Shown: positions 22,041 through 32,226, counted from the stretch's first letter. The stretch is DNA of 64,000 bases from Candidatus Latescibacterota bacterium (GCA_965205485.1 OZ242180.1:1664001-1728000), one strand, 5' to 3'. The notes: generated by a model not told the origin, from the sequence alone. Made by a program: numbers and translations.

Positions 22041-23528
22041 ATGGGCCGTTCCATTACCACATCAGGTCGGGTGATTGACATGGGAATCTGTGCAGAGGAA
22101 GAAACGATTCAAGTGACCGACGCGAAAGAGCGAAGCCTCTGTATTGACCGAATGACGCCCGGTGGCGGCCTGTATACGGATGTGCAGCGCACGGTGCATC
22201 CCAAATCCAACAGCCCCTGGCGGGTGTCGCCCGAACCGTTCTGGATGCCACCGCGGGTGATCGAACATCTGGAACGCCTGGGCACGCATCTGTACGAATT
22301 CTATAAGGCCTGCAACCTTCTGTATTCTCAGAGTGTCCGGAAAATCCAGCCGGAGTGGGTGGCGGCCTACCTGGATCAGGGGAAGCCGGAAACCGTAATC
22401 GGATACGGCCGGATGAACCGTTTCAAACAGCATCTGCCCCTGGTGATCCGGCCGGACCTGATTCCGACCCCCGCGGGGACGATCGCTTCGGAACTGGATT
22501 CGGTGCCGGGGGGGATCGGATTCACGGCCAGCCTGGCGGAGCGGTACGGCCGGTTCGGATTTGATATTGTGGGCGGCGCCGACGGTATGGTGAACGGATT
22601 CATGGGGATGGTGCGTTCGGTTGCCGGGATTGGGGAGCCGGTGCTGGGCATTGTGGTTTCAGAGGAATCTTCGGGGTACCGCCCCGAAATGACCTGGCTG
22701 GGGGAAGCCCTGAACCGGGCGGGACTTGAAACCTGCGTTGTGCGCCCGGAAGAGATTATTTTCAGCGAAGCCGGACTGTTCGTGAACGGTACAGGCGGTC
22801 GACGGCAGATTGACGTTCTCTATCGTTTTTTCGAACTGTTCGACCTGAAAAACATACCGAAGATGGATCTGATTTTATATGCCATTCGAAAGGGAACGGT
22901 CAAGGCAACGCCGCCGTTGAAAGCCCACCTGGAAGAGAAAATGCTGATGGCGCTGTTTCACCATCCCATCTTGCGTTCGTTCTGGCTTCGCGAACTTGGA
23001 GAAGAAGGGGTGGCGTTCCTCATGCAGACCTTTCCGAAGACGTGGATTCTGGACCCGCGTCCTCTGCCGCCGCACGCCGTTATTCCGGGTTTGAGCGTGA
23101 ACGGCAGGTATTTCGGAAACTGGCAGGACCTCGGCTCCCTGGGACAGAAACAACGCCGTTTTGTGATTAAGCCGTCCGGTTTCTCCGATCAGGCCTGGGG
23201 GAGCCGCGGCGTAGCCGTCGGCCACGATATGTCGGAGTCGGACTGGCAGACCACGATAGAGTCCGCGCTCGCCGAATATCCCGGATCGCCGCACATATTG
23301 CAGGAGTTCCACACGGGCTCCCGCTTTTCGGTGTCGTACTACGATTTCCAGACGGATCGCATGATGCGCCTCAAAGGACGGGTGCGCATCCAGCCTTATT
23401 ATTTCATTCAGGATGGGCGGCCCGTATTGTCGGGCGTGCAGGCCACGGTTTGCCCGCCGGACAAGAAAGTACTGCACGGGATGGTCGATGCGGTGGTGAT
23501 GCCGGGTGGGGTGGAGGATCCCGAGTGA
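22041..23528 (+). CDS. Glutathionylspermidine-synthase-like / circularly permuted ATP-grasp ligase (start uncertain)
   Basis: IRPDL...ASELDSVPGG, LYRFFE, EEK, VIKPSG...WGSRGVAVG and ILQEF: motif order of circularly permuted ATP-grasp enzymes. Confidence 0.65.
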   Translation: MGRSITTSGRVIDMGICAEEETIQVTDAKERSLCIDRMTPGGGLYTDVQRTVHPKSNSPWRVSPEPFWMPPRVIEHLERLGTHLYEFYKACNLLYSQSVRKIQPEWVAAYLDQGKPETVIGYGRMNRFKQHLPLVIRPDLIPTPAGTIASELDSVPGGIGFTASLAERYGRFGFDIVGGADGMVNGFMGMVRSVAGIGEPVLGIVVSEESSGYRPEMTWLGEALNRAGLETCVVRPEEIIFSEAGLFVNGTGGRRQIDVLYRFFELFDLKNIPKMDLILYAIRKGTVKATPPLKAHLEEKMLMALFHHPILRSFWLRELGEEGVAFLMQTFPKTWILDPRPLPPHAVIPGLSVNGRYFGNWQDLGSLGQKQRRFVIKPSGFSDQAWGSRGVAVGHDMSESDWQTTIESALAEYPGSPHILQEFHTGSRFSVSYYDFQTDRMMRLKGRVRIQPYYFIQDGRPVLSGVQATVCPPDKKVLHGMVDAVVMPGGVEDPE

Positions 23529-24403
23529 TGTCACCGGTGGAACGACATATGAACGAAGGCGCCGGGTCGGGGCTACCGGAAGCCGAGGAAAAGCTGTGCC
23601 GGCTCGAGAAGCTTCTCCGGGAGATGGGGAGTGTGGTCGTGGCGTTTTCAGGGGGCGTGGACAGCACGTTTCTGGCGGCGGCGGCGCACCGGGCGCTGGG
23701 AACGAAGGCGCTCGCGGTGACCGCGGTTTCGGCCAGCTATGCCACCGGGGAACTCGAGAACGCGCGGGCTCTAGCGGGCCGTATCGGTATTTCCATGGAG
23801 GTGGTCCACACACGGGAAATGGAGAATCCGGACTACGTAAAAAACGAGCCCGACCGATGCTACCATTGCAAGACGGCGCTGGCCGACAAGCTGGATGAAG
23901 TCCTCGAAAGGTACGGGAGTCGGTATCGATTTCTGATTTACGGGGCCATCGCGGACGACGTGGGTGACTTCAGGCCGGGCATGACGGCCGCGCGTGACAG
24001 GGGGGTGCGGGCCCCCATGATCGAGGCGGGCCTGACAAAGGAGGATATCCGCCTGTTGTCCAGAGCCTGGGGGTTGCCCACCTGGGATCGCCCGGCGTCG
24101 GCCTGCCTGTCGTCCCGAATTTCCTATGGTACTCCCGTGACCGTGGAAGCGCTGTCTATGGTCGACCGGGCCGAGGCGTTTCTCAAGACGCTGGGATTCC
24201 GCCTGGTTCGGGTTAGACACCATGACGACATCGCCCGCATCGAAGTTTCACCCGAGGAGATCAGCCGATTCTTCCTGGACGGACTCGTCGACCGGGTCGT
24301 GGCGCGCTTGAAGGAAATCGGATATCGGTACGTCACGCTGGATATGCAGGGATACCGTAGCGGAAGTTTGAATGAGACGATTCTGAACATCCAGGGCAAG
24401 TAG
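23528..24403 (+). CDS. larE: ATP-dependent sulfur transferase LarE (PP-loop)
   Basis: VAFSGGVDS PP-loop, RCYHCK, DD.GDFRPG, ACLSSR, VRVRHH and GYRSGSLN. TGATG overlap with the upstream gene. Confidence 0.92.
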   Translation: MSPVERHMNEGAGSGLPEAEEKLCRLEKLLREMGSVVVAFSGGVDSTFLAAAAHRALGTKALAVTAVSASYATGELENARALAGRIGISMEVVHTREMENPDYVKNEPDRCYHCKTALADKLDEVLERYGSRYRFLIYGAIADDVGDFRPGMTAARDRGVRAPMIEAGLTKEDIRLLSRAWGLPTWDRPASACLSSRISYGTPVTVEALSMVDRAEAFLKTLGFRLVRVRHHDDIARIEVSPEEISRFFLDGLVDRVVARLKEIGYRYVTLDMQGYRSGSLNETILNIQGK

Positions 24404-24445
24404 TCATCGACGCTCAGTATTGTAGGCTTACACGGGACCTGAACA

Positions 24446-25018
24446 GTGGCACTTCTCGAAATCAAGAAATTCGGCTGCCCGACACTCAGAAGGAAGGCGC
24501 GGCCGGTTGAAGCGATTACGGAAGAGGTGCGTACCCTCGTGGACGATATGTTCGAGACGATGTACGCGGCGGAGGGGATCGGGCTGGCGGCGCCCCAGGT
24601 GGGCGTCAGCCAGCGCGTGGTGGTTCTGGACGTCAGCCCGGGCGATCCTGAGGCCGAACCAACGGTGTTGATCAACCCGGAGCTCAGCGAGGCTGAGGGC
24701 GAGGTCGTCGGTGAAGAGGGGTGCCTGAGTCTGCCGGGGGTTGTGGGAGACGTCAACCGCCGGGCGCAGGTCCGGGTTGACGCCCTGGACCGGGAGGGAA
24801 ACGTCTTCAGCGGGACGATGTCGGATATTGCCGCGCGCGCGGTTCAGCATGAGGTCGATCACCTGAACGGCGTTCTGGTGACGGACCATTTCAGCGCAGT
24901 CAAACGAAACCTTCTGCGCAGCCAACTCGTCGCGTTGAAACGGGAAGGCAGCCGCCAGAAACGCGGGCTGATCTACGTGGATCCGGTCCCCGTTGACAAT
25001 TCGAAAGCCGGTCCGTGA
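24446..25018 (+). CDS. def: Peptide deformylase
   Basis: GIGLAAPQ, EGCLS and QHEVDHL. Confidence 0.96.
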   Translation: MALLEIKKFGCPTLRRKARPVEAITEEVRTLVDDMFETMYAAEGIGLAAPQVGVSQRVVVLDVSPGDPEAEPTVLINPELSEAEGEVVGEEGCLSLPGVVGDVNRRAQVRVDALDREGNVFSGTMSDIAARAVQHEVDHLNGVLVTDHFSAVKRNLLRSQLVALKREGSRQKRGLIYVDPVPVDNSKAGP

Positions 25019-25857
25019 ACCAGCGTATCGATCTGCATCTTCACTCGACGAACTCCGACGGGACATTCACGCCTCGGGAAGTGGTTCGCCGGGCCGCGGA
25101 AGCCGGACTCAGCGCGATCAGTTTGACGGATCACGACTCGACCGACGGCGTCGCGGAGGCAGAGGAGGAAGGCGCGCGGCTGGGTATCGAAGTGATACCG
25201 GGAACTGAGCTGAGCGCCAGGAACGACGGCACCGACGTGCATATTCTGGGGTACTTCATCGACCCGGATCACCCGGATCTGATCTCGTGGCTCGACACGT
25301 TTCGAAAGGCCAGGTTGCAGCGGGCGGAACGTATGGTGAGAAAGTTGAATCGTATGGGATTGCGCGTGCCCCTCGAGCAGGTGCTGGCCAGGGCAGGGGC
25401 CGGCGCAATCGGCCGTCCACATATCGCCGACGTGATGGTGGAAGAAGGCCTTGTTTTCTCCGTCGACGAAGCGTTCCACAAATACCTGGGTTATTCGAAG
25501 CCGGCTTATGTTGGCAAATATTCGCAGTCGCCGTCCAGGGCCATCCAGGTGATCAGGGCGGCGGGCGGACTGGCGTGCCTTGCCCACCCCGGATTGTATC
25601 GACGGGACGACCTGATTCCGGAGATGGTATCCGCCGGGCTGGACGGCATCGAGGTGCGGCACACCAAGCACAATGCCTCGCAGGTCGCCAGATATTCGAA
25701 GATTGCATTGGAAAACAACCTCCTGTGCACGGGTGGGTCCGATTGCCATGGCGATGGAAGGGGGGACCCGATCGTCGGTACTGTGGATGTGCCGTTTTCC
25801 TACCTGGAGGCGATGAGGGAACGCCTTAAGACCGCTTCTAAGGACAGACGAGAGTAA
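25015..25857 (+). CDS. PHP-domain phosphoesterase (TrpH/YciV-like)
   Basis: DLHLHS..SDG, TDHD, GRPH, LAHP and GGSDCHG. Confidence 0.92.
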   Translation: MNQRIDLHLHSTNSDGTFTPREVVRRAAEAGLSAISLTDHDSTDGVAEAEEEGARLGIEVIPGTELSARNDGTDVHILGYFIDPDHPDLISWLDTFRKARLQRAERMVRKLNRMGLRVPLEQVLARAGAGAIGRPHIADVMVEEGLVFSVDEAFHKYLGYSKPAYVGKYSQSPSRAIQVIRAAGGLACLAHPGLYRRDDLIPEMVSAGLDGIEVRHTKHNASQVARYSKIALENNLLCTGGSDCHGDGRGDPIVGTVDVPFSYLEAMRERLKTASKDRRE

Positions 25858-25920
25858 CTTACAGCGCAGGGATGCGGGAAGCGTGGTCGCCCGGTCGTAC
25901 CGCGGCGGGAGACACGTCGA

Positions 25921-26913
25921 TTGGACCAGTCAATGCTGCCGGACAGGGCCTTTTTTGACGAAAACCGGGCCGATCTCTACTTTCTAAATACCCGCGAGGT
26001 GTTGTCGCGGGAGGGGATCGATCCGGTTGTTACAATGGAGGTGTTTCCGAACGGGAACGGTACGCTCTGCGGCATGACGGAGGTCCTCGGGAATCTGGCT
26101 GAAGTCTTGCCTGAGGATGCGTCCGTCTGGGCGCTGGGCGAGGGTGAGCCGATGTCCCGAAAGGAAGTCGTTCTCCGGATACAGGCCCGTTACAGCGGCT
26201 TTGGCATCTACGAGACCGCCTATCTCGGTACGCTCGCCCAGAAGAGCGGCTGGGCGACGGCGGCGCGGGAATGCGTGGAGGCTGCAAAGGGAATTCCGGT
26301 GATTAGCTTCGGCGCGCGGCACGTTCATCCGGCGATCTCGGACGTCATGGAATACTCGGCCCTTGTTGGCGGATGTTCAGGTTGCGCCACGCCGGCAGGG
26401 GCGCGTTTGGCCGGCCGCGATCCGACCGGCACCATGCCGCACGCGCTGATGTTGATCATGGGTGACACGCTCACGGCGGCCCATGCCTTCGACCGGCACA
26501 TGCCCGAATCGATCCGGCGGCTCGTGCTTGTGGATACATTTATGGATGAAGCGGAGGAGAGTGTGCGGCTGGCCCGGGAGATGGGTGGACGGCTGCAGGG
26601 CGTGCGTCTGGATACGCCCTCTGAATTGGGTGGTGTGACGCCCGATCTCGTGAGCAGGGTTCGAACCGGGCTGGATCGCGCGGGGCATCGGGAGGTGAAG
26701 ATCTACGTGAGCGGCGGAATGACGCCGGACCGCATCCGGGAGTTCGTAGCGGCAGTGTCCGCGGTGGACGGGTTCGGCGTGGGCAGCGCAATCAGCGGCG
26801 CCTCGCCCATCGATTTCACGTCCGATATCAAAGCCGTGGGGCCACGGTCCGTGGCGAAGCGGGGGCGGAGGCCGGGGGTGACGGAGAATGCCAGGCTCAG
26901 GCAGGTGCGTTGA
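25921..26913 (+). CDS. pncB: Nicotinate phosphoribosyltransferase (short form)
   Basis: DLYF, SFGARH, GTMPHA, LVDTF, GVRLDT, SGG, FGVG and AKRG. Confidence 0.88.
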   Translation: MDQSMLPDRAFFDENRADLYFLNTREVLSREGIDPVVTMEVFPNGNGTLCGMTEVLGNLAEVLPEDASVWALGEGEPMSRKEVVLRIQARYSGFGIYETAYLGTLAQKSGWATAARECVEAAKGIPVISFGARHVHPAISDVMEYSALVGGCSGCATPAGARLAGRDPTGTMPHALMLIMGDTLTAAHAFDRHMPESIRRLVLVDTFMDEAEESVRLAREMGGRLQGVRLDTPSELGGVTPDLVSRVRTGLDRAGHREVKIYVSGGMTPDRIREFVAAVSAVDGFGVGSAISGASPIDFTSDIKAVGPRSVAKRGRRPGVTENARLRQVR

Positions 26914-26966
26914 CGAATCAACCCCTCCGCCGGCGGGTGCTCCGAAAAAACGCGTGGAGACGGAAT

Positions 26967-27269
26967 ATGGAGGTCAAGGTCCTGTTTTTCGCATCGTGCA
27001 GGGATCTGGTCGGGACGAGGGAGGCGTCGATGTCGCTGCCCGAGCACGCCTCCGTCGCTGACCTGCTGACGCGGCTGGCGGAAGCGCATCCCCGGTTGCG
27101 GGAAATGGAAGGCAGTCTGATGATTTCGGTCAACCAGGCGTACGTGGATCGGACCCGGCGGCTCGGTGACGGGGACGAGGTGGCGTTCATCCCGCCGGTC
27201 AGCGGGGGAGCGTCGACCGACGGCATCGCGGGAGACGGCTCAGGGGAAGGAAGAACCCATGTCAGGTGA
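26967..27269 (+). CDS. moaD: MoaD/ThiS sulfur carrier with a 19-aa extension after Gly-Gly
   Basis: MEVKVLFFA..RD, SVNQ and DGDEVAFIPPVSGG, followed by ASTDGIAGDGSGEGRTHVR. Confidence 0.88.
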   Translation: MEVKVLFFASCRDLVGTREASMSLPEHASVADLLTRLAEAHPRLREMEGSLMISVNQAYVDRTRRLGDGDEVAFIPPVSGGASTDGIAGDGSGEGRTHVR

Positions 27270-27711
27270 TCTGTACCACATCCAGGAAGGACCCATTTCG
27301 GCCGACGCGCTGCACGACGCCGTGCTGAGAGATTCGGATGGCGCGGTGGCGACCTTCGCGGGGGTGGTGCGAGACCATTCGATGGGCCGCAGGACGAGCT
27401 ATCTGGTGTACGATGCCTACAGGGAGATGGCCGAAAAGAAAATGGAAGCAATCGGCCGGGAAGTGAAGGCGAGGTGGGAGGTGGACCGGGTGGGCATGCT
27501 GCATCGCGTGGGGCGATTGGAGATCGGCGAGACCAGCGTACTGATCGCGATTTCCGCGCCGCACCGCAAAGCGGCACTGGAAGCCTGTCATTACGCGATC
27601 GACCGGCTGAAGGAAACCGTGCCTATCTGGAAGAAGGAAGTGTGGACGGATGGCGAAGAATGGATCGAAGGCGATCCCTCGGCCTCAGGAAACACAGCGG
27701 TCAAAGGATAA
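27259..27711 (+). CDS. moaE: Molybdopterin synthase catalytic subunit
   Basis: GAVATFAGVVR, HRVG.L.IGE, SAPHR and LKETVPIWKKE. Confidence 0.94.
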   Translation: MSGDLYHIQEGPISADALHDAVLRDSDGAVATFAGVVRDHSMGRRTSYLVYDAYREMAEKKMEAIGREVKARWEVDRVGMLHRVGRLEIGETSVLIAISAPHRKAALEACHYAIDRLKETVPIWKKEVWTDGEEWIEGDPSASGNTAVKG

Positions 27712-27770
27712 CAGTCAGCTGTCAGCGGCAAGATCACAAATCCACGAGACGGTCCTTTCAGGTCTATCTG

Positions 27771-27801
27771 ACCCGCCGCCCGGTCTGGGTGGGGGGTTTT
27801 T
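27771..27801 (+). terminator. Probable Rho-independent terminator
   Basis: ACCCGCCGCCCG/TGGGTGGGGGGT stem followed by a T-run after moaE. Confidence 0.5.
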
Positions 27802-27843
27802 CCGTGTTATTCCGTCCATCTCCGTAGTCCGCAAGTTTCTGAC

Positions 27844-28821
27844 GTGCTTGCAGGCCACCCGATTCCAATTTGCGCCACTGAGGTGATTCACGGAAAAACC
27901 GGCCCCGCGCCGAGTCACGTGAATTTGAAAAAGGACGTAATTGACAGGAAAACAAATTTGAAGACAGTCCTATACCTTCGCCATCTGCCGTGGATTTTCC
28001 TGTCCCTGTGCGCCGCGTCGCTTCTGACGAGTCCACTTGCGATCGATCAGGTTGCCGCCCGGCAGGCGTCGCCGGATCGCCGAGCGTCATCACAGGCGGA
28101 CTCGATTGCCGGGCAGGTGCCTCGACGATATACGTACCGCGTGATAAACACGTATCCCCACGATCACGGCGCGTTTACCCAGGGGCTGGTTTATGAACGA
28201 GGCTATCTTTACGAGGGAACAGGGCTTTACGGGAGGTCTTCATTGCGCGAGGTCGTGTTGGAAACCGGCCAGGTCACGCGGATCAAGACGCTGGAGTCCC
28301 GGTATTTCGGGGAAGGGATTACGATCTTCGGAAATCGCATCATTCAGTTGACCTGGGTGGCGCGGACCGGATTCGTCTATAACAGGGAGACATTCGAACG
28401 CGTTCGGTCGTTTACATATTCCTCCGAGGGGTGGGGAATCACGCACGACGGCCGGCGGTTGATCGTGAGCGACGGAACGCCGATGCTGTATTTCAGGGAT
28501 CCCGATACGTTCGAGGAGGTGGGGCGGGTGGAAGTCCGGGACGAGATGGGGCCGGTGACCCGGCTGAATGAACTGGAATACGTCGAGGGTGAAGTCTACG
28601 CCAATGTCTGGGAATCGGACCTGATCGCGAGGATCAACCCGGAGTCCGGCAGGGTCGTGGCCTGGATCGACCTGGCGGGATTGATGCCCGGAAGGGAACG
28701 ACTCGGTGCGGATGCCGCGTTGAACGGAATCGCCTATGATGGGGACCGGAGGCGCCTGTTCGTGACCGGAAAGCGATGGCCGAAGCTGTTCGAGATTGAA
28801 GTGGTGCCCGGAAAAGAGTGA
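27844..28821 (+). CDS. Glutaminyl-peptide cyclotransferase (bacterial/plant type); true start probably downstream
   Basis: YPHD..AFTQGL, EGTGLYG, FGEGIT, EGWGIT, LNELE, LNGIA and VTGKRW. Confidence 0.92.
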   Translation: MLAGHPIPICATEVIHGKTGPAPSHVNLKKDVIDRKTNLKTVLYLRHLPWIFLSLCAASLLTSPLAIDQVAARQASPDRRASSQADSIAGQVPRRYTYRVINTYPHDHGAFTQGLVYERGYLYEGTGLYGRSSLREVVLETGQVTRIKTLESRYFGEGITIFGNRIIQLTWVARTGFVYNRETFERVRSFTYSSEGWGITHDGRRLIVSDGTPMLYFRDPDTFEEVGRVEVRDEMGPVTRLNELEYVEGEVYANVWESDLIARINPESGRVVAWIDLAGLMPGRERLGADAALNGIAYDGDRRRLFVTGKRWPKLFEIEVVPGKE

Positions 28822-28870
28822 TGCGGAAGGACAAGGCACGGGAACCTGGAGGCGCGGCGCAGGCCGCGCC

Positions 28871-30259
28871 TCATTTGTTGTGGCGCCATTTGAGGAGCGT
28901 GCCGATGTCCATCAGGTAGGTGGAGTCTGACTTGCTGCGATCGGAGCGGTCCTTGAGGGATTCGATTCTCCCCGTGGTGGAACGACAGAGCCCATTGAAG
29001 ATATTACCGGGCACTTCGATGCGGTTGCGGGTCTTGTAGAAGGCGCGAACGAGTTCCGACCGGGCGGGAATCATGGTTCCCGTGGGCGTGCCTGCGCTGT
29101 CGATACGAAATTCCCGGTCGTATTCCCAGCCCATGCAATAGTCTCCCGTGCGCGTCTGAAGGAACGTGGTGAAATTGAGGGCCGCGCAGAGGCGGTCCCT
29201 GAGTGAATCGGAAAATGGATGATCGATGGGGAGAACGTCGTACAGCGAGGCGAGGCCGTTCGCGGTAATGGACTGATAGCCGATATGGAAGTTGTGACCC
29301 GGCCATCCGCCCCGGGGAAGCTGCGCGAAGAAGACGCCGCCGCGGGTCCGCCAGATGGCCGTCTCCAGGTAACTTTCTTCTCCGGTGAACGCGTACAGCA
29401 GGGATAGAAACCAGAGCGCGAAGGCATCGTAGTTGTTGTTTCCGGTAAAGGGACAGGACGTCGTCCAGTCCGCGGCCCTTCGAACGGCGTTGAGGTATTC
29501 CTCCTTTCCGGTAACCCGAAAGCCCTCCGCAAGGGCCAGCCCCGCCCAGCCCGTATCGTAGAAGTTGTCGCGCTGGTTCATCACGCCGCCGGGAACGCCC
29601 TTGTACCACCAGCGGAAGGCGCCGTTCTCGTCCTGCTCCGCAAGGAGATAGTCCAGGCCGTCGACAGCCAGCTTCCGGTACTGCTCGTCGCCCAGCGCTT
29701 CGTAGCCGTACAGATAACCCAGGATGACGTCCGAGGGCCAGCGGTACGCGGGCTTCTCCGCATCCGGGACCGTACCCCAGCCGCCGTCCGGGTTGCGGCA
29801 CGCTTCACATTCGGCGTGCGCCGTCCGGAACGCCGCATCCAGCGTTTCGTGGTCTATCGCTTCGAAGGCGTAGTTCGCATCGACGATTCGGTCACGTGTC
29901 GCAACCGGAAAGCCGTCGGCCAGGCGGCGGCCGGGTACGACTACCTCAAACGATTCGGTAGCGATGGCTCTGTAATTCCGGGCCCTGGAATAGACCTGCG
30001 CCGTGATGAGATATGTTCCCGGCTGAAAATCGGATTCGAGGCCGCAGTCGAACGGGAGAACCGTGTGGCCGTCGTTCAGGTCCCGGTTGACCTCCCCGGA
30101 TGCGTACCGCGTTGCGCCCAGGGGATCGTTGATCGCGAGCCGGGTGCGGACCGTTTGTTTGTCCATCCCGATCACGTGGATGTCGATGGAGACCCGCTCG
30201 CCGGGAACGAAGCCGAAGCTCTTGTCGGGGATGGAAACGACGAGACAGGGATCTGACAT
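28871..30259 (-). CDS. Hypothetical protein: N-terminal beta-sandwich plus helical (alpha/alpha)-barrel-like domain
   Basis: Repeated helices with Q...G.W/F turns (EQDENGAF, QLPRGGW) and YxxTG...YL motifs, as in six-hairpin glycosidase/terpene-cyclase-like folds. Same strand as the upstream genes. Confidence 0.6.
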   Translation of the reverse strand: MSDPCLVVSIPDKSFGFVPGERVSIDIHVIGMDKQTVRTRLAINDPLGATRYASGEVNRDLNDGHTVLPFDCGLESDFQPGTYLITAQVYSRARNYRAIATESFEVVVPGRRLADGFPVATRDRIVDANYAFEAIDHETLDAAFRTAHAECEACRNPDGGWGTVPDAEKPAYRWPSDVILGYLYGYEALGDEQYRKLAVDGLDYLLAEQDENGAFRWWYKGVPGGVMNQRDNFYDTGWAGLALAEGFRVTGKEEYLNAVRRAADWTTSCPFTGNNNYDAFALWFLSLLYAFTGEESYLETAIWRTRGGVFFAQLPRGGWPGHNFHIGYQSITANGLASLYDVLPIDHPFSDSLRDRLCAALNFTTFLQTRTGDYCMGWEYDREFRIDSAGTPTGTMIPARSELVRAFYKTRNRIEVPGNIFNGLCRSTTGRIESLKDRSDRSKSDSTYLMDIGTLLKWRHNK

Positions 30260-30299
30260 ATCGCAAAGTCCTTATTTTTAGACACCCATGACCCGGGAT

Positions 30300-30472
30300 C
30301 CTGAGCCGCTCCCTGAGCCGTTGTTCTGAGCCTGCCGAAGGGTCGAAGGCGCTGCCCTGAGCTTGTCGAAGGGGTCGGCGAAGGATTAGAACGGCAACCT
30401 AACGCGGGCGCTTCGACATTTCGACACCCTTCGACAAGCTCAGGGACCGAGCTCACTGCAGGCATGCTCAGC
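30300..30472. repeat. Cluster of CCTGAGCTTGTCGAAGG-family REP-like palindromes
   Basis: Several CCTGAGC(C/T)...CGAAGG units and the inverted CCCTTCGACAAGCTCAGGG; shares CCTGAGCCGCTCCCTGAGC with the 8464 copy. Confidence 0.8.
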
Positions 30473-30546
30473 GTCCCCTTTGAGCAGGTTCTTTTCCAGT
30501 CTTGCAGGAGCAACAGATGTCGACTATTCACTGCTCCCCGTAATGG

Positions 30547-32226
30547 CTATCGTGTTGCCGGGATAACGGGCAGGACGATATGGGATGGATATTGTCTCGA
30601 GTGATGGACGGCCTGATGGGCCTGGCGCATTTCGGTTTCGCTTGCCAAAGAGCCGCCCGTGTTGAGATTGCGGTCGAACCGGGGGAAGTTCGACGACGAG
30701 ATCTCGAGCCGGATGCGGTGGCCTTTCCTGAATACGTTCCCAGTGACACCGAGGTCGATCTCATAGGCGTATACGTTGCCGGGTTCGAGCAAAGACGGGC
30801 TGGTAAGGCTCTCGCGAAAACGGGCCCTCAGGATTCCGTCGCAGAGGTTCATGGCGTACCCCGATGGCGATACGTCCACCAGCTTGGCGGTCCAGTCCGT
30901 GTCCGTACAGTCGGTGGCGGCGTAGAGTACGACCTTGACGGGTCCGGTGACTTCCAGGTCCGTTTCCATTGCGTCGCTGGTATAACAAAGCACGTCGCTC
31001 CGCATTTCCACCGGGCGCTGGTCCTGCGGCCCCCAGGGAACGATGTGGGGGGAGCAGCAGTTGTTTCCGCCCATGGTCGGCGCCGGATAGCGCGGATCGT
31101 AGGTGTAGTGATCGGGGTGCTCTTCGCCCGGCGGATCGGTGCAGAGGCAGCCGTCGCCGAGCAGCGTGTTGGCCTGGCCGGTCGAATGCAGATGCCATTT
31201 TTCCCACCGGGTCCGGGCGAGCGGCCACTCGCATTCGTCCCGCCACCGGTTGACCCCCATGATGAAGAGCCTCAGCGGCGGTTCGTCCGCAACGCCGTTG
31301 TCGATGCCTTTGAGCCAGTAGTCGAACCAGCGCTGTTCCAGGCTCTCGAGGTCCACCATGGACGGCGCCCCGAAGTCCACGTCGCCGGTCTTTGGCGACG
31401 TGCTGAGGGCGTGCGGCCACGGACCCACGATGAGCTTGCTCTTCCTCGCGTCTTCGGAGCCGCCGTTCTGACGAAGGCCGTTGTAGTTGCTGAAGGTCTG
31501 GGCGGCGTAGAGATCGTACCAGCCTCCCATATTGAACGCGGGCGCGATAATATCCCCCCAGCGGGTTTCGTCGTTGAATTCCTCCCAGTAGTCGTCGTAA
31601 GCGTCGTGTTCGACCCAGTCCTTCCAGAAGTCGACGTCGCGGCCCGAGGCTTCGTCCATTCTGTTGAGGGGCAGCGCCCGGAAGGCTTCGGTCCAATTGT
31701 GAAACTCGATGGTCTGGCCGGTGCGGGCGTTGGTGCGCATGCCCCAGGTGAGCATGACGTTGAGCTGGAACGCGCCGCCGGGGTGGACGAGCCCGGTGTA
31801 GTAGTCTGCGCAGATGACTCGCGGCGTCATGCATTTGAGATAACGGCTGGCATACGGCGCGCTGCGCCACTGTACGGCGCCGCCGTAGGAACTTCCGGCC
31901 ATTCCTATCCTGCCGCTGCACCACTCCCGGTTCCCGATCCACTCCTGGGTATCGTACCCGTCTTCACCCTCACGAAACGCGTAATAGGTGCCCTCGGAGT
32001 CCCACCGTCCGCGGCAGTCCTGAAGTACGCAGGCGTATCCGTTATTGGCCAGGCGCCTGGCTTTTCCGACCATTCCATCGTCGTTATTGCTGTATGGCGT
32101 GCGCATCAGGACCGTGGGGAATCTCCCGCGGGCGCGCGGCAGGTAGATGTCCGCCGAGAGGTTGATCCCGTCGCGCATCGGGACCTTCACGTCCAGTTGC
32201 ATGTCTACGTCGTAGTTGGGCAGCAT
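30547..32226 (-). CDS. CocE/NonD family (peptidase S15) alpha/beta hydrolase
   Basis: PMRDG..LSADIYLP, RTPY, QDCRGR..SEG, GSSYGG nucleophile, GGWYD, GPWPH and SSSNFPRFDRN. Confidence 0.93.
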   Translation of the reverse strand: MLPNYDVDMQLDVKVPMRDGINLSADIYLPRARGRFPTVLMRTPYSNNDDGMVGKARRLANNGYACVLQDCRGRWDSEGTYYAFREGEDGYDTQEWIGNREWCSGRIGMAGSSYGGAVQWRSAPYASRYLKCMTPRVICADYYTGLVHPGGAFQLNVMLTWGMRTNARTGQTIEFHNWTEAFRALPLNRMDEASGRDVDFWKDWVEHDAYDDYWEEFNDETRWGDIIAPAFNMGGWYDLYAAQTFSNYNGLRQNGGSEDARKSKLIVGPWPHALSTSPKTGDVDFGAPSMVDLESLEQRWFDYWLKGIDNGVADEPPLRLFIMGVNRWRDECEWPLARTRWEKWHLHSTGQANTLLGDGCLCTDPPGEEHPDHYTYDPRYPAPTMGGNNCCSPHIVPWGPQDQRPVEMRSDVLCYTSDAMETDLEVTGPVKVVLYAATDCTDTDWTAKLVDVSPSGYAMNLCDGILRARFRESLTSPSLLEPGNVYAYEIDLGVTGNVFRKGHRIRLEISSSNFPRFDRNLNTGGSLASETEMRQAHQAVHHSRQYPSHIVLPVIPATR

